From Phoronis australis (lineage: Eukaryota; Animalia; Phoronida): a stretch of 64,000 bases of DNA. Positions 1 to 13,101 of the stretch are shown piece by piece. Numbering within the stretch: position 1 is the stretch's first letter; every line of letters begins with the position of its first letter. Under the pieces are notes generated by a model. It did not search any database. It worked only from the letters and a program-made list of their open reading frames with translations, and was not told where the DNA came from. A program made the position numbers and the translations under genes. The stretch is from the NCBI GenBank assembly GCA_002633005.1, contig NMRA01000127.1:191149-255148 (forward strand), read 5' to 3'.

Positions 1-300
1 CGGTTGCATAAAGGATATACGTTAAATAACAAAAATCTTGCCCAAAACATAATTCATAAAAATTTTGAATAACAACAACAGTACGAGAAGTCTATGAAAT
101 AAGTGACTTTTGTAAGTACAAAGACGCATTATTTGAAGTATTTTTTTTTTAATTAAACCGGAATATAAACAGGAATTCTGGAATGTAGTTCGGATAAAAA
201 TTATCATCAATATATTTGAAAATGCATTCCTGAGGACAAATAACAAAAATAAGTTGTGTGAAGTTGTAAAACAACACCAAGACAGAAGTTAATGACTTAC

Positions 301-470
301 CTGGTTACTTTACGTAGAAACCAAGATAATGGTTTATAGATAGACTATCCCTCAATTAGACGCCTGACACGGAGTTGGAATCGTCCCGTCTTTAAGTGTC
401 GACAGATCATTCCAAACTTATGTGAAGGGGGCGAAAGCTTGCGTTTAATTATATCGCTGTATTTGTTTTA
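301..470 (-). other. Third copy of the GPCR 5' non-coding exon (coding exon presumably left of the window)
   Basis: Homologous block with an intact donor CAG|GTAAGT at 301/300. Confidence 0.55.
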
Positions 471-1093
471 TTTATTGTTGCAGTTTGGGTAAGATATTGC
501 TTCGACAAATATGTGAAATATCTGTATCGACACCAAACAAAAAACAAACAAAGCGAAATAATTGAATGCAAGTCCTCCACCCCTTCATGCGGGTTTGGAA
601 TTATCTAGTGTCGGGGAAAACTGACATTAGATGTCATGAAGATGATTGTAAAAAGCGTAACGAAAGTACTGAAGCCTAAATCGTATTGCATTTTAAAAAT
701 ATATTTCGGAGTCCCCATGCGATTGAGACCAGTGGACATTTGAAAACAGACAATGTTGAAAGGATCGTGATAATTAAGTCAGGATCTCGAGATCCTGAGA
801 TAATTGAAAAAGAAACGTTCCATGTCATCTTTGGGCCACCGTAGGTAAGCGACTTCGTCAATTTTACAAACTATACACAACTGTTGCAAAATACCAAGTC
901 CAAAAGCTACTTAACTTTTCTGGCATGAATCTTTCTATCCAGATTTTCTGATCAAAACGCAGTGCCACCTGGTGTTGGGTTCCATGATTACACGAGCTCT
1001 TCATAGTGCAGTTGCCTGGCTACAGATTATGAGTTACATGCGTTCCCTGTGATTTGTTTTTAGCAATGTCACCTGATATGGATAATTGTTCTG

Positions 1094-1235
1094 CATGGGT
1101 GGCACACCATAGGGGACTGGGGGGGCTATAGCCCCCACTTTTTTCAGTGCTGCGCGGCTCATGGTCTATGGGCGATGCACCACAGGGGGCTGGGGGTCAT
1201 AGCCCCCCACTTTTTTCAGTGCTGCGCCACTCATG
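1094..1235. mobile_element. ~145-bp dimeric MITE with 5-bp TSD (family copies 15464-15613, 18714-18855, 23614-23764, partial ~63450-63544)
   Basis: TIR CATGGG(C/T)GGCGCA...TGCGCCAC(C/T)CATG. TSDs TTCTG, TATAT, TTCTG and GATGG. Confidence 0.85.
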
Positions 1236-1699
1236 TTCTGTTTACTTTTAACTTAACTGCTTGACGTAAATGTACCACCATGACAAAGTTTAGTTATGTA
1301 ACGTGTATACAGTATAATGGGTCATTAGTGTTGACGTCACTTTGAGCTGAGGTTTGTGAACTTGCCTTTATTGTTAACCATTGTAATGTAATAAACATTT
1401 GCAAATTTGAGGGCGGAGCTGTTCAACTACCTGGTGGCATCATGGGTTCATGGATTTGAGCCCAATGATAACTGTTGTGTTGTGTGCAAATGTGCCGGAT
1501 CATGCTGTTTGAATGACAGATGTCAGCAGTCTTCAGTCTGTTTTGTAAACTATTGCAATGACGTATGCAGATTCATGAGTTTATGCCATGGGGTTTTTTA
1601 ATGGACAACATATTGGATGTGTCTTACCTATTACTTTATTTGGATTAATTAGTAAGGAACAGGTCAATACATATATTAAGAAAATGTTGCAATTTTTCT

Positions 1700-4225
1700 A
1701 GTGTAAAAGGTCTTACTATAAAAACATTGTCTCACTTAACGGTAGCGGTCATGCAGACAAAATGAAAACAAAAGACAATTTCCGTATCATTTGTTTACAA
1801 GACATACATGTCAAAACCAAGTTTTGAAAATTCTTTCAGAAACAAATGGGGATTTGATTTCAAATACTAGATGAGTTGCTATATAATAATTTTCAGTATA
1901 TTGTCCATTGTCAGGTTATTGCTCAAGCCGATAATTTTCTAGTTTTAGACATTACTATTAACAATTATTTCAAATTGACACTGGTTAACATATACGGTCC
2001 AAACCATGACAAATCTATTTTTTTCAAACACAATGAAACTGATTTTGAAAACGATACTTTTCTAATGTATAGGGACTGGAAAAGGATAATCGATAGCTCA
2101 AAAGTCTCGTTTAACTATTGAAATGTTGACAATCGAAATTCACGCAAAATTGTTTTAGACGTTATAAAAGAAAGCGGATGATATTTGGCGAGCATTTCAC
2201 CAAGACGAAAACAGTTTCATATGGTTTAAAAACACCCTGGTAGATTGAATTTTTCCTTGCTACGGTTGAGCTTTCTCCAGTTTTCAGACTCTTCTATTTT
2301 GAAAGTCTATAGATCAGAGGTCTTTTCCAAGAAACTGGCTTAAGTTCATGTTTGACTTACACTGTAAGCTAAAGATTTGTCTCCCAAATTTTGAAACTTC
2401 CATATTCGTTAGGTTAGCCAAAATTAAGACAAAACTTATATCAAACACTTAAGTCAAACTTAAGATCTCTTTCTTGAATTAGTTTTGAGAGAAATTTAAC
2501 TTCTGTTTTAAAATTTACTAAACTTCAAGATTTGTCTTAGTCAATTTTGTTGGCACGGGCCCCAGATCACGCCGCGGTGTTAGTTAAATTTTATATTTCT
2601 GAAGAAAAAAGAGGGAAGGTTACTCGAAATTTCATTGTTGCCTAATCCAGATTTTTTCACAACGATGAAAGGCGAATATTGAAAATATTTACTTTCTTAA
2701 ACTTCTTTAAAAGACTGGGGGTAAATACACGGGTTTTCATGTGGGCCCAGTCGGAAATAATTACATGAAGTAAAATACATATGCAGTCAGTCCGTACTCA
2801 AAAGAGTTCACTTCTCGTTGCCCGAATGAACATCTTCAATTGATCATAGATGATCAATTATTTTGGGAAAGAATTTTACTACAACTGCGAGGTTGAATAA
2901 TACAGTTTTCGTCTGCAATTAAACACCATGATATTCAGAGAGAGAAAACTCTTCGGGCAAACATCGCGGAAGTTGACGGAAATTGAAAAAGGAACCAAGT
3001 AATGCTGAACAATATCTTCCTAGGTTAGAAACATCAAAAATGAGAATTTGACAAACTGTCTCCGGCAGAAAACTTCAGCATAGAAGGTGAAATTACCTAT
3101 CATGAACTAATTATGTTTGAAGAAAACTAAAACTAATAAAAGCCCAGGCCTGGACGGATTTTCAGCAGAGTTCATTAATGTTTTTGAAAAGACATAGGAC
3201 ATTTCCTTTAACGGAGTATAAATAATGCATATGAAAAAAATAATCTGTCGGTTACACAATTAATTACAGGGGGTTATTACACCTGTACTTGCATTCCAAA
3301 AAGTGCTTATCCAAGATGGTATCTGAAAAATTTGGCGATCAATATCTTTATTGAATTGTTCTTATAAATTAATATCATCGTGCATAGCAGAGGGAATTTA
3401 AAAGGTGCTAAACACCTTAATTAACTGTGGCAAAAAGGTTTCATACCAAGTCTCTTTCTGTGTGAACATACTAGACTAATATATGATATAATGTATGAAA
3501 CACAAAAAAGTTCCCTGGCATGATCGTCCAAATTGATCTCGAAAAAGCCTTCGATACACTCTCTTGGAAATTCATTAGAAGAGTAATAAACGCTTTTAAC
3601 TTTGGATCATCAATTAAAAGGTGGGTTTTCGCTATTTCAAAACAATTCAAATTCATGCTTTATTTAAAATGGCTCTTTATCAAAACTTTTCATACTATGT
3701 AGAGGTTGTTACCAGGGCCATCCCATATAACCTTATATTTTTACTTTTTGTGTCGAAATTTTAGCTCAAGCAACCACAAAAAACAAAATGTGGAAGGTAT
3801 TAAAATATGGCACGAAGCTCTTAAGATTTCACAGTATGCGGATGACACAACATTATTTTTGAATGGTTCCCAAAGCTCTTTGAAAAGTGCTCTGATAACT
3901 TTGCAATAGCTTTACGAACTGTTCAGTTTGAAAATTAATTTTCATAAAACAAAAGTTATGTGGAAAGAATCAATGAGAGATTCTGATAGACGGTTTTGTA
4001 AAGAAAACAATTTAGACTGGATAACTGAATGCAAGGCCCTAGGAATTCAATTGAATAATGGTCTTCAAGATATCTCATCAATTCATCTGATATAAAAAAT
4101 TTCAGAAATAAAAAATTTGCTCAGAGCTTGGAGTTGCAAGGTCTTAACACCATTAGGGAAAATTACAGTAATTTAAAAATTAACTCTACCAAAAATTACG
4201 CATATGTTACTCTCATTGCCCAATC
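1700..4225 (+). mobile_element. Decayed L1/Tx1-clade non-LTR retrotransposon ORF2 (APE endonuclease plus RT)
   Basis: Fragments LTLVNIYGPNHD and YRSDH (endonuclease); KSPGLDGF, IDLEKAFDTLSW and SQYADDTTLFL (RT). Many stops and frameshifts. Confidence 0.85.
2318..2562. mobile_element. PIF/Harbinger-like MITE nested in the LINE endonuclease
   Basis: Imperfect TIRs (GGGCCTATTCCAAGAAACTGACT ... AGTCAATTTTGTTGGCACGGGCCC, taking both copies together). A 3-bp CAG TSD splits the S-D-H codons. Confidence 0.75.
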
Positions 4226-4405
4226 CAGATGACAATATGATAAATGAACTAGAAGATTACTGTCAATTATAACATGGAAATCACTGTCGTTCAAATAATC
4301 ATACAGTTTCTCAGTCACACTCCATTGCAGAGTAAGAAGCTCGAGCTTGTACGGGGAATAGTTCTGTTCAGATTTGTTGATACCCGTGGAGGCATACCTG
4401 TGTGA
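4205..4405 (-). mobile_element. Ty3/gypsy RNase H fragment
   Basis: RYASTGINKSEQNYSPYKLELLTLQWSVTEKLYDYL...FHVIIDSNLLVHL matches the gypsy RNase H pattern YAS.L...E.NY...KLE.LAL.WAV.EKF.DYL. Confidence 0.8.
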
Positions 4406-5406
4406 CAACTCGGATTTCTAGTCTCTAATTATGAAAACCATTGGATTTTTAACAGGAGTTAGCTGTAGACTTAGTCTCGAAGCTGCCGACATTCCAGCCA
4501 CGGTTACTGCCGGTCCTTCGAAGCAATTATAGCACATATACACGAATTTTTAAGAATGGCAAAGGTGCGTTTTGTGTTGACGGAAATGTCCATGGTGTCG
4601 AGGAATTTGAGGCATTTAATGATGAACAACTGTTGAGGCTTAATTTGGAAAAACACCTAGCAAAACTAACTTCCAAGTATGCATACTGTGGCGGAATTAA
4701 GAAATACGATTGCTAATTGTAGCAGAGCCACAAAGTGTGCTAAAATGGTAGAAAATTAGGCATAACATTTCCGTAGCAGACAAAAGGATGTTTGGCGCAG
4801 GAGAAAGCCGATATCTTCAATATTCAGAAAAATTTCGGCAGGCAAGAGACTTGCCAAGAAAACGGCACAGTTGAGTCCGGGCATTCTAAAGGAAAGAACT
4901 GCAACCAATTCCAATTATTCGGTGCAACTTCTCTCACCCGACGGCGTTGTTTCATGATACCGCAACCTCAAACAACGTCAAAGAAACGAAACGCGGATGG
5001 TGAGATCATTAATATTTATTCTAGGATCTACCTCAAAATGAATTTCCCACGGTCATTCTTTATGCCGATAGCAATGTTTTCGTCAACTGAAGAAGAACAG
5101 GAATCATAGACAACCCGCGAGCTCCGTCTAGGGTTCTGACACTTCAAACTTTTGTCAACACGATAGGTAACCGCAGACAGTTCGATGTTGACCTCATTCT
5201 AATCTTCTCTGCAATCCACTGTCAGGGAACGAAAACAATTCAAAGTCCGCTCCTCGAAATAGGGCTTCCTTAGCTGGAATTCAGAACTGCGGTCATGAGA
5301 GTGTTTTAACCTCCTGATTGAGAAGCGATCAAGTTCGCTGTGATATCTTCATTAGCGCGTGCTCTCAGCGGGAGGTCACCGCTTTATTCACTCAAGGGCT
5401 CGACCA

Positions 5407-6613
5407 ACAACTGACGAGAGTCTCAGAACTCCCACATGCAAATTTGATATGCATATGAGGGAGTACTTGACTATTGCGCCATCTATACATTGACGGAAAA
5501 GCCGTGACTGCGTGTGGGAAGTTGCGATTGATTGCGCTGAAGTCGATATTTTCAAAGTAAAATTACACCACTGTTCAAGGTTGCAAAGTGAGTTTTTTGA
5601 TATCCTTCTATAGAAAAAGCTTTAATCTCTCTGATAAAATTATCTCTTTCCTTTTAAGCGAAACGTAAGTTATGAAATTAATCCGGGGAAGGAGGCCAAA
5701 AACGGCGGTTTAGCTAGTTGTCCCTTCCTGGCTATCTCTTCCTGGTAATATGTAACTTGACATAATGTTCACGTCCTTTCTGTTATCAAACTAAAAGCTT
5801 TTTTGCACAATTCTGTACCTCGGGCAAGATAATAAAATCATCGACTATTCCCGTCTATTTCCGTGACCTGAGTTCCTGTTTGTCAGTTCAGGAACGATTA
5901 CTAAATGCCAGGCAAGATATGTTGTAGTTGAAAAGGTATTGACAGCACCGTGAGCGTATATGCGTTGTAACTTTTTTGGATGCTTTTGATTCCCATTTTA
6001 GTTCTTTTTATACAAACTTGATTATTTATTGTCCTAATCTTACCTCCTGTTCTTTGCATATGACGAATGGTATTTAATGCATAATTACAAGTTTGAACTA
6101 CCGTCGCATAGTCTCCGGCGTAGCCAACGCTCGACTACCGAGGTCAGCCCTGACTCATTGCATTAAGGGTAAGTCAAATTAGCAACAGTACCTGCTTAGG
6201 TAACAAATTAGAGGAAAAAAGTTTCTTGATCAACAATTGTCTAATCTTTATCGCTATATCTTGAAATTAGTGCAAAACATCCACATACGGCGATGTTTCG
6301 ACAAACAAAAACAAGTTTTATCTCAAAACAGTGAGCTCCACATCTGTGCTTGATTTTGCTGCCAGGACACAGTAACCGGCGAAATAATTCCCAGGCCTGC
6401 AGTCCCCGTGACTCTTCGTCGGAAACTGATAATCACTTGCTAAATTGGCTTTGATTTTCAATTAGCGCACGCAATCGCAATTTCCCACACGCAGTCACGG
6501 GTATTTAAGCTTTTCCGTCGATGTATAGATGGCGCAGTAATCAAGTCCTCCCTCATTAGCATATCAAATTTGCATGCTGTAAATGGGAGTTTTCGAGATT
6601 CTAGTCAGTTGTT
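5407..6613. repeat. Long imperfect inverted repeat (arms ~5407-5540 and ~6461-6613), probable DNA-transposon derivative
   Basis: CATGCAAATTTGATATGC...GCGCCATCTATACAT...CCGTGACTGCGTGTGGGAAGTTGCGATTG is mirrored as its reverse complement about 1 kb downstream. Confidence 0.75.
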
Positions 6614-8699
6614 ATATCGAAATGGCATAGTTATAACGGTAGTTTGTGACAAAAGAATTTCATTGTGACGGATTTTATCCAGCAAGGAAACTTCTGTGGG
6701 ACACGCTTGTCTCGGCTCCGTTTAGTGAAGTAATTTTTGAGGAGTTGCCCGGCTTCTTACATGAACTAAAGCGGAATATTGCGGATCGAATCGCCAGTAA
6801 ACGGGTGGCGAAGAGCGAGGCCGACGTAGTGTTCCGCGCACTGAGTGAGGTCATGCTCTGCGTGAAAGTTCAAAGAAAATTTATTCGGTCATATCATATG
6901 GTACTACCATAGTTGGACTTGAGGAGTAAACATGACACTGACTTGCAACGCAGTGCAGTGTGCAATGCTACTTTTTGTACATGCACCGCGAGTCCTCTGG
7001 CCGCGTCACCGTGTCCTCTGCTAGTACAGCAGCCACTACCAGCACTGAAACCACCAGTGTCGCAAGTAGACGAAATCTTTTTCCCGGCCCCAGTTTAATA
7101 AGTCGTACCTCTGGACTCCCACCCCAGCCTCACCTGACTGGGGTTTACACGTACTGGCATGGGGTTGTATTAGAGAGATGTTCCGTACATACAAGAAGAA
7201 CAGGGGTGATGCATCATATAAGCAGAGAAGAAAAATTCTGGCTGCTTTGACCATTTCTGCAGATGTCAAAAAGAAGTAAGTTTTATTTTGATTTCCTGGG
7301 GATAAAGTGATGAGATTGGGAGTTATAAAATCATTCATGTCCTTTGTTTTGTATCAATGGTCACATGAATGCGTCTAATTCTCATCAATTCATGTTATTG
7401 TCACTCTAATGACCCTCATTGCAAAGCAGGTGACTTTCTCCGTGATTGAAAGCAAAACAATGTCCAAGACTAGTTTCCAATAAAACAGTATACAAATCAC
7501 AGGTTTCTTTTGATATCGGGACAAGCTGAACATAGACTATTTTAAAGACACGTCTCATTAAAACCACAAAGATTTGAATTTTAGCAACCGCCACCTAATG
7601 ACTTCATGGAGAAATGTGTGTACAGAAAAAGAAACAATTGTTAAATAATTTAAAATAGTGAAACTAAAACCACAAACGCCAGTACTAAAATATACTTAAA
7701 TATTCCCACATTTCGAGCAATGCGCTCTTTGTCAAGGGTGTGCTACAGACTGCTGAGTACATGTAGATGAATTTAAAATAAAATGGCACAGGAGACCACA
7801 TAGCGACATACAATAGTCAATTTGCTGTTATAAAGAAAACACTGCAACTGAAAGCTTAAAAACAAATGTGAACATACAAAACCCCAATAATTTCAAATAT
7901 AATGCAATTATTATTTGATAGTGAAATATTCAAATATTAAAAACTGTTCCTTGTTTCATTTGGGCAACAATGAAATTTGCATAACGAGACTTTTGCGATA
8001 TTGTAATTGTAACTCGTTCTGGGATGGTTTCCGGTACATTGATATGGGAAGACCCAGGGTAGTTTATAAATTAGTACTTCATTTGCATATTCACAATTTA
8101 ATGAGAATATGTATCTTTAAAGTATGTAGTTCAACTTGTTTGTACCAAAATGCAACTTGACGTGCTTCTTTTCTTTGAATTGCATATTTAATACTAAGTA
8201 CTAAAATACACTACACCCATTTAAGTGCATGACTTGACTTTAAGTGAAGCATGCTAGCACATGAATATGCCTTTAGGATGAAAGGACCTTAAAGAAAGTT
8301 TTTATTGAAAAAGTACAATGTTCTCAATGGATGAACTTTCAGTTTTAGTTGTACAGTACTAGTTCAGTGTTGTTCTTGTGATTTCCTAACTTCTGTTTTT
8401 CTATCTAGGCGTGGCATCCTTCTTCAAGTACAGCAGAAGTGCAGAGACTGAGGTAATTTACTGTACATGTACCTGCACCGTTCCTTCTTGTCATTTCTGA
8501 GCAAGCTGGGTAGTTCCATAGGACAAGAGTTCGTTGGTAACCATAGACACAAAATCGTAAAGGTGAGCATATGACAGTTTTAAAATAGGAGACTAAATCA
8601 TGCCGCAATTCAACCTTTCACAACTATGTCTCGAAAACCATGCGTCTGGGAGCTTACTTCGATCTATCATACGTCATAAGCACGTGATAACCTGCAGCT

Positions 8700-8862
8700 C
8701 TGGCAAGATTCACAATCTCGCCACTAAACCACGCGTGTGATTACCTGCTGCTTACCATTCTATCATGGTCGGACAAGGAATGATCCCGATTGAAAGTTAA
8801 GCCAGCCAATCACAGCAATCCACACGTGCGTCACATACTGGCGAGATTGTGAACCTAGCCAG
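8700..8862. mobile_element. Small MITE-like inverted repeat
   Basis: CTGGCAAGATTCACAATCTCGCCA ... TGGCGAGATTGTGAACCTAGCCAG. Confidence 0.55.
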
Positions 8863-10157
8863 ACTTCTAATGCATCGATTTCTTGACTTCCGGTACGTCT
8901 GTGTTACTGTAATGACTTACGTACTACTCCCCTCTGTACCAATGGTGTATGTAAAGGCATGTACAGATCGAAATAAGCCGCCGTGTTGAAAACTATGATG
9001 TCATGTTGACTAATGTTCATGCAGCAAGCCACAACTCACAATCCAACGGCTCGGGAACTAAAATACGGAAATCAAATTCGACTGTTGAACAGTTGGCAAA
9101 TGTTTTGACTAATTGTGCAAAAACCCAGACTCATTGTACGTGTGCCATCTATTATATAAGTACATGTTCAAATAACGTTAAATTGGATTAGTTTTCTCTC
9201 TCGGGTCCTTGTTTGGTGAGCGCTGATTCCCTTATTTTTCGATGTGTCGATTTAATGTACATCTTTATGAGAATTACTTCGGATATTGTAGGATATGTAC
9301 TGGTTATACTGACCCCACGTTACTGTATATGTTTATAGCTGGTGAGGTGCAACCAGGTGCGTCAGTTCCAGAAAAAAAAGACACTATCATATGGTCTTGA
9401 CACTGAAATCAACATGACGAATTTAAAGACTGAGTGGCAATGCCTGGCAATCTTGGACCAGTGATCTGCTACAGGAAAGATGAGTGGCGAACCTCGAAAC
9501 AAGGCTGCCATCCCAGCAGAAACAAACCTACCTTCAACACTCCGGTGAGGAAGATGCTGCCATCGCTCAAGCAATTTGTCTTGACAAAGTGCACACCAGG
9601 TTATATGTGGAAATGATCGATTCCCGTCGTCCCATCATGCTTGTGGTCATAGTTGTGTGAAATTTGATCGAGTTTCAAAGCTAAAATTAGCTGAACTGAA
9701 TGAAATCTGCGAACACTCTGACATTGAAATTGCCCGTTGCAGTTCAAAAAAGAAGAAACTGTTGGCCCTTTATCTGTGTTTTTAAAGAACTGTTCTTTTC
9801 GAGGGGGTTACATCATTATGCTTCCTCGTATTTATTTGCTGTTGTATTACACATCATCCCTGTCTATAAGCTGATGTATCTCTAAAACCTCTATTTGGAA
9901 ATTCGTAAAATTTTGGAGATGTGTATCTATTGTAAATGGAATAGCCTTAGCAAATTTTAAATGGTCCGACTACTGGTGCGCTCCGTAGTTGGGATTTCAG
10001 TTTTTTGTGAATGCTTTTGTATCTTCGTAGTTTTTTGACAGGTGTCCATGAAATTCCACAGTAGGCATCAACTGTAAGGTGTTCCACCTGGTGTCCGTTT
10101 TTACTTTTTCCGAGACTGTTTTGTGGCGTCCGTCATTCTGTTAGCCAAAACGCACTA

Positions 10158-10962
10158 GAGTTCGTATTCGAAGAACCACCACCTTAAGAATAGCTTAAAT
10201 AGACCTTGGTAAGGCTCATCTTAGGTAAGGTCACCTTACGCAGTCTGCTATTTTGAAAGTTTCATTAATCCTTTCCTTCATTAAGCTGCCCGTTAAGACT
10301 GTAAGGTGGAGCTCAAGGAAAACTCCCACTGTTTCGGGTGGACTGTAAGGTGGTCTTTGAGGTGAACCTCAGAAAACAATGGGGTGTCACAGCGTGAGAT
10401 CTTTACTGGAGAGAGAATAAGTTGTGTAATGACTATAACTATTTGAGGTGAATGGAGTGTAATACATGTCCAAGCGCAGTTGTCTAATGCAACTCAATAT
10501 AGTTAGAACCATAATGGAAACAGCAATTCGAAAACGCAAGACCTATACTGACGTCAGCTACTTGAAAAAGATAACTACTATTGATTTAAAATTGAATAGT
10601 TTAAAATTTGGGAAAAAGGACGAGGCGTGGAAAATAATATTAAAAGGATACAACGCGCAAAAAAACGTCTCGCTAGGGTACCAGTACAATAGGCTGAACG
10701 GCAGCACCTTCACGGTTTATAGCTGCAATTGTGCTTAGATAATCTCCCATCTTCTCCGGTACCATGATCGAAAAGGAATGAAATTCCTTATCAAGGTTAT
10801 CCTTAAGGATACCCCAGAGCAATCTTTAGTATTTAAGATACCCCTTTTTATAATTTGACGTGTACCTTATGCAAAAAGTCTCTTACAAATGAGTCCTTAG
10901 GTTAAGGAAAGGAGTTTAAGGTTTATCTTACAGGATACTTAAGGATTATACTAAACGCGGCC
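10158..10962 (+). mobile_element. Harbinger-derived non-autonomous element with a decayed Myb/SANT-like ORF
   Basis: GG(C)TGTATTC...AAACGCGGCC termini and CCTTAAG-rich subterminal repeats. Internal peptide KKDEAWKIILKGYNAQKNVS resembles the Myb/SANT (trihelix) accessory protein of Harbingers. Confidence 0.55.
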
Positions 10963-11163
10963 TGCAAGCAGGTAGTTCTGGAGATCGACATGCTAGACTA
11001 ATAACCGTCCTAGACTTCACGTAGGTAATGCACAGCTGAACTAAAGCCAGGACAAAGCTAAAAGTCCGTCTTCACAAACCAGGGATGGACACCCACGACA
11101 GCATTCAAAGCCGTGACCAGAGTCATTAGACTAACATTCAAGCTCACCATGATGAAAACAACA

Positions 11164-11167
<4 letters not shown>

Positions 11168-11214
<47 letters not shown>
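11168..11214. repeat. (CA)n microsatellite (paralog at ~36372-36426)
   Basis: Directly visible. Confidence 0.95.
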
Positions 11215-12304
11215 AAACAGTTACACGCCTTGGACGTTAAGGTGTCTCTTAGATTACTTAAATCAGTTCTTGGCCACAGTAAGCGCTTCGATCGTCCGGC
11301 TCTTAGATTACGACCCTAATGATTATGAAAATATGTATATGTTTTCCCACTCAAAAGAGGACGTGATACTGATTTTTGGTTGTCTCCGACTACTCTGTCA
11401 CCTCCTAATGGCAGTTTCTTTTTTCATGAAGCCCTTGCATTTTTTAATTTTGCCAATATATTTCTTTGAAATTGGCAATAAAGTTCGATGACTTTTGAAC
11501 ACATCTAACTACTACTCTGTTCCCTTAATTGTTGCAGTTTTATTTTTTACACTGTGTTATGTATCTTTGAAGTTCCTTGACGTATTTTGATGAATTTTTC
11601 CGAACAGTCTTGCTACGTACATGTATGTAACTGTTGACAGCTGGTAACAGAAATGACGATGTAGATCACGTAATTCTTTATTTTGTACATTTCCGCATAA
11701 TGTGGGCTGCAGGCAAGCTGTACAAGAAAACAAATGTTCTAAAGGTAAAGTAACATTTCAGAGGCATCCTTGCAAAAAATAGCTGAGTACCACTCTAGCA
11801 AAATTGTAATACTAAAGGTGTCGGTTCCTACATGTTCTTATACGGTGCTGTAATACTAATTTTACGCAAGTGCACAATTTTACAAAAAGCGGTAAATTTT
11901 CAAAACAAAAAATATGCCAGTTATAAATCATTCCACTAAGATATACAAATAATCTATATGTCAAAAAATCTGTGATATGTCTTGTACCCAGGTTTTACTG
12001 AAATGCTCTTGCAGTCATTCTTTAGATTTGACCAACCGCCATTATGTCTGAAGCGAGTTGTTGTTTGTTTTGATGTTCTTGTTCGTATCGAAAATAGATT
12101 CCCATCACGGTATGGAATATTGAGACCAGACTTATGAGAGTAAAAAGTCTACTTCGATCCTTGATTATAGCATACTAAATAACACGAAAGACAACATTAA
12201 ATCCAGACGTAAAACAAAAATATGAATCTAGTCATACAAATGTTCTGCAAGTCATAGGATGAAATGTAGCTGCTACTAATCGCCATAAGCGTTGACACAT
12301 TTAA

Positions 12305-12653
12305 AGGCGATATGTCTCATTAAATTGTGAATATGCAAATGAAGCTCTAGATTATAAAAAATCCTGGTCGTCCAGTGTGTCGGACACCATTCGAGAACCA
12401 GTTACCATTACAATCACGCGAAAGACTCCTTTTAGGAGACCACTTTTATGTAAATGAGTATGGTAATAGTTCATCGTTACCCTAATGACACAACGCACAG
12501 ATTTTATCATTTGCTTCTTTCACTATCAAATATCGTTTGCGTAATTTATTTACAAATTGTTCCCTTCCTGGTTATTTGCAGTTCTCCAGCAAGTTACTAG
12601 GTGGCGTGTGATTCAAATTTAAATATTCAGGATTTTAATGAGACATATCATCT
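12305..12653. mobile_element. TTAA-flanked MITE (Kolobok-like); copies at 38417-38856 and, partial and inverted, ~7980-8120
   Basis: TTAA|AGGCGATATGTCTCATTAAA ... TTTAATGAGACATATCATCT|TTAA. Confidence 0.7.
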
Positions 12654-13101
12654 TTAATCCTGGCGCTGATTCAGGGAAGAATCTAGGGGCTCTCATGTCG
12701 GACCTTTTGAACGCAATCATGGATCTGTGGCTGTAAACAATTGACTGCGATATTAAACAACACAGCAAATTGTTTAATACAACCCAAATTGAAATGATTT
12801 TGTAACTAGGATTACCTTGTTATTATGATACAGTGATAATTTCCACGAGCAACACGCAATTTACTTAACACAACCTGAAAATAAAAAATGTACAGGATTT
12901 TGTAACTAGCTTTACCTTTTTACTATGATACAATGATAATTTCCAAGAGCAACCTATTTCAAACTAATTTCCTTAGATAAAACTAAAACTAGTGTTTAAT
13001 ACTCGGATAGCAGTTAAACAAAAAGTATTCTGCAGAGTCGACAAGTGACGGTTCCAATCTTGAAAAGTTTTGAAGAGGGTTCAGCGTCAAATCAGGCAAG
13101 C

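Larger units (their letters stand above)
1..3040 (+). repeat. Segmental duplication block A (paralogous to 17565-20590)
   Basis: Colinear similarity across the non-coding exon, the MITEs and the LINE fragment. Confidence 0.9.

Noticed and set aside
676-861. Repeated 61-aa ORF (also 18296-18481)
   Set aside because: No ATG start, and it lies in a duplicated repeat fragment that also appears near 37910.
11270-11491. Short hydrophobic ORF repeated at 36524-36745
   Set aside because: AT-rich duplicated flank with different starts and indels; no coding signature.
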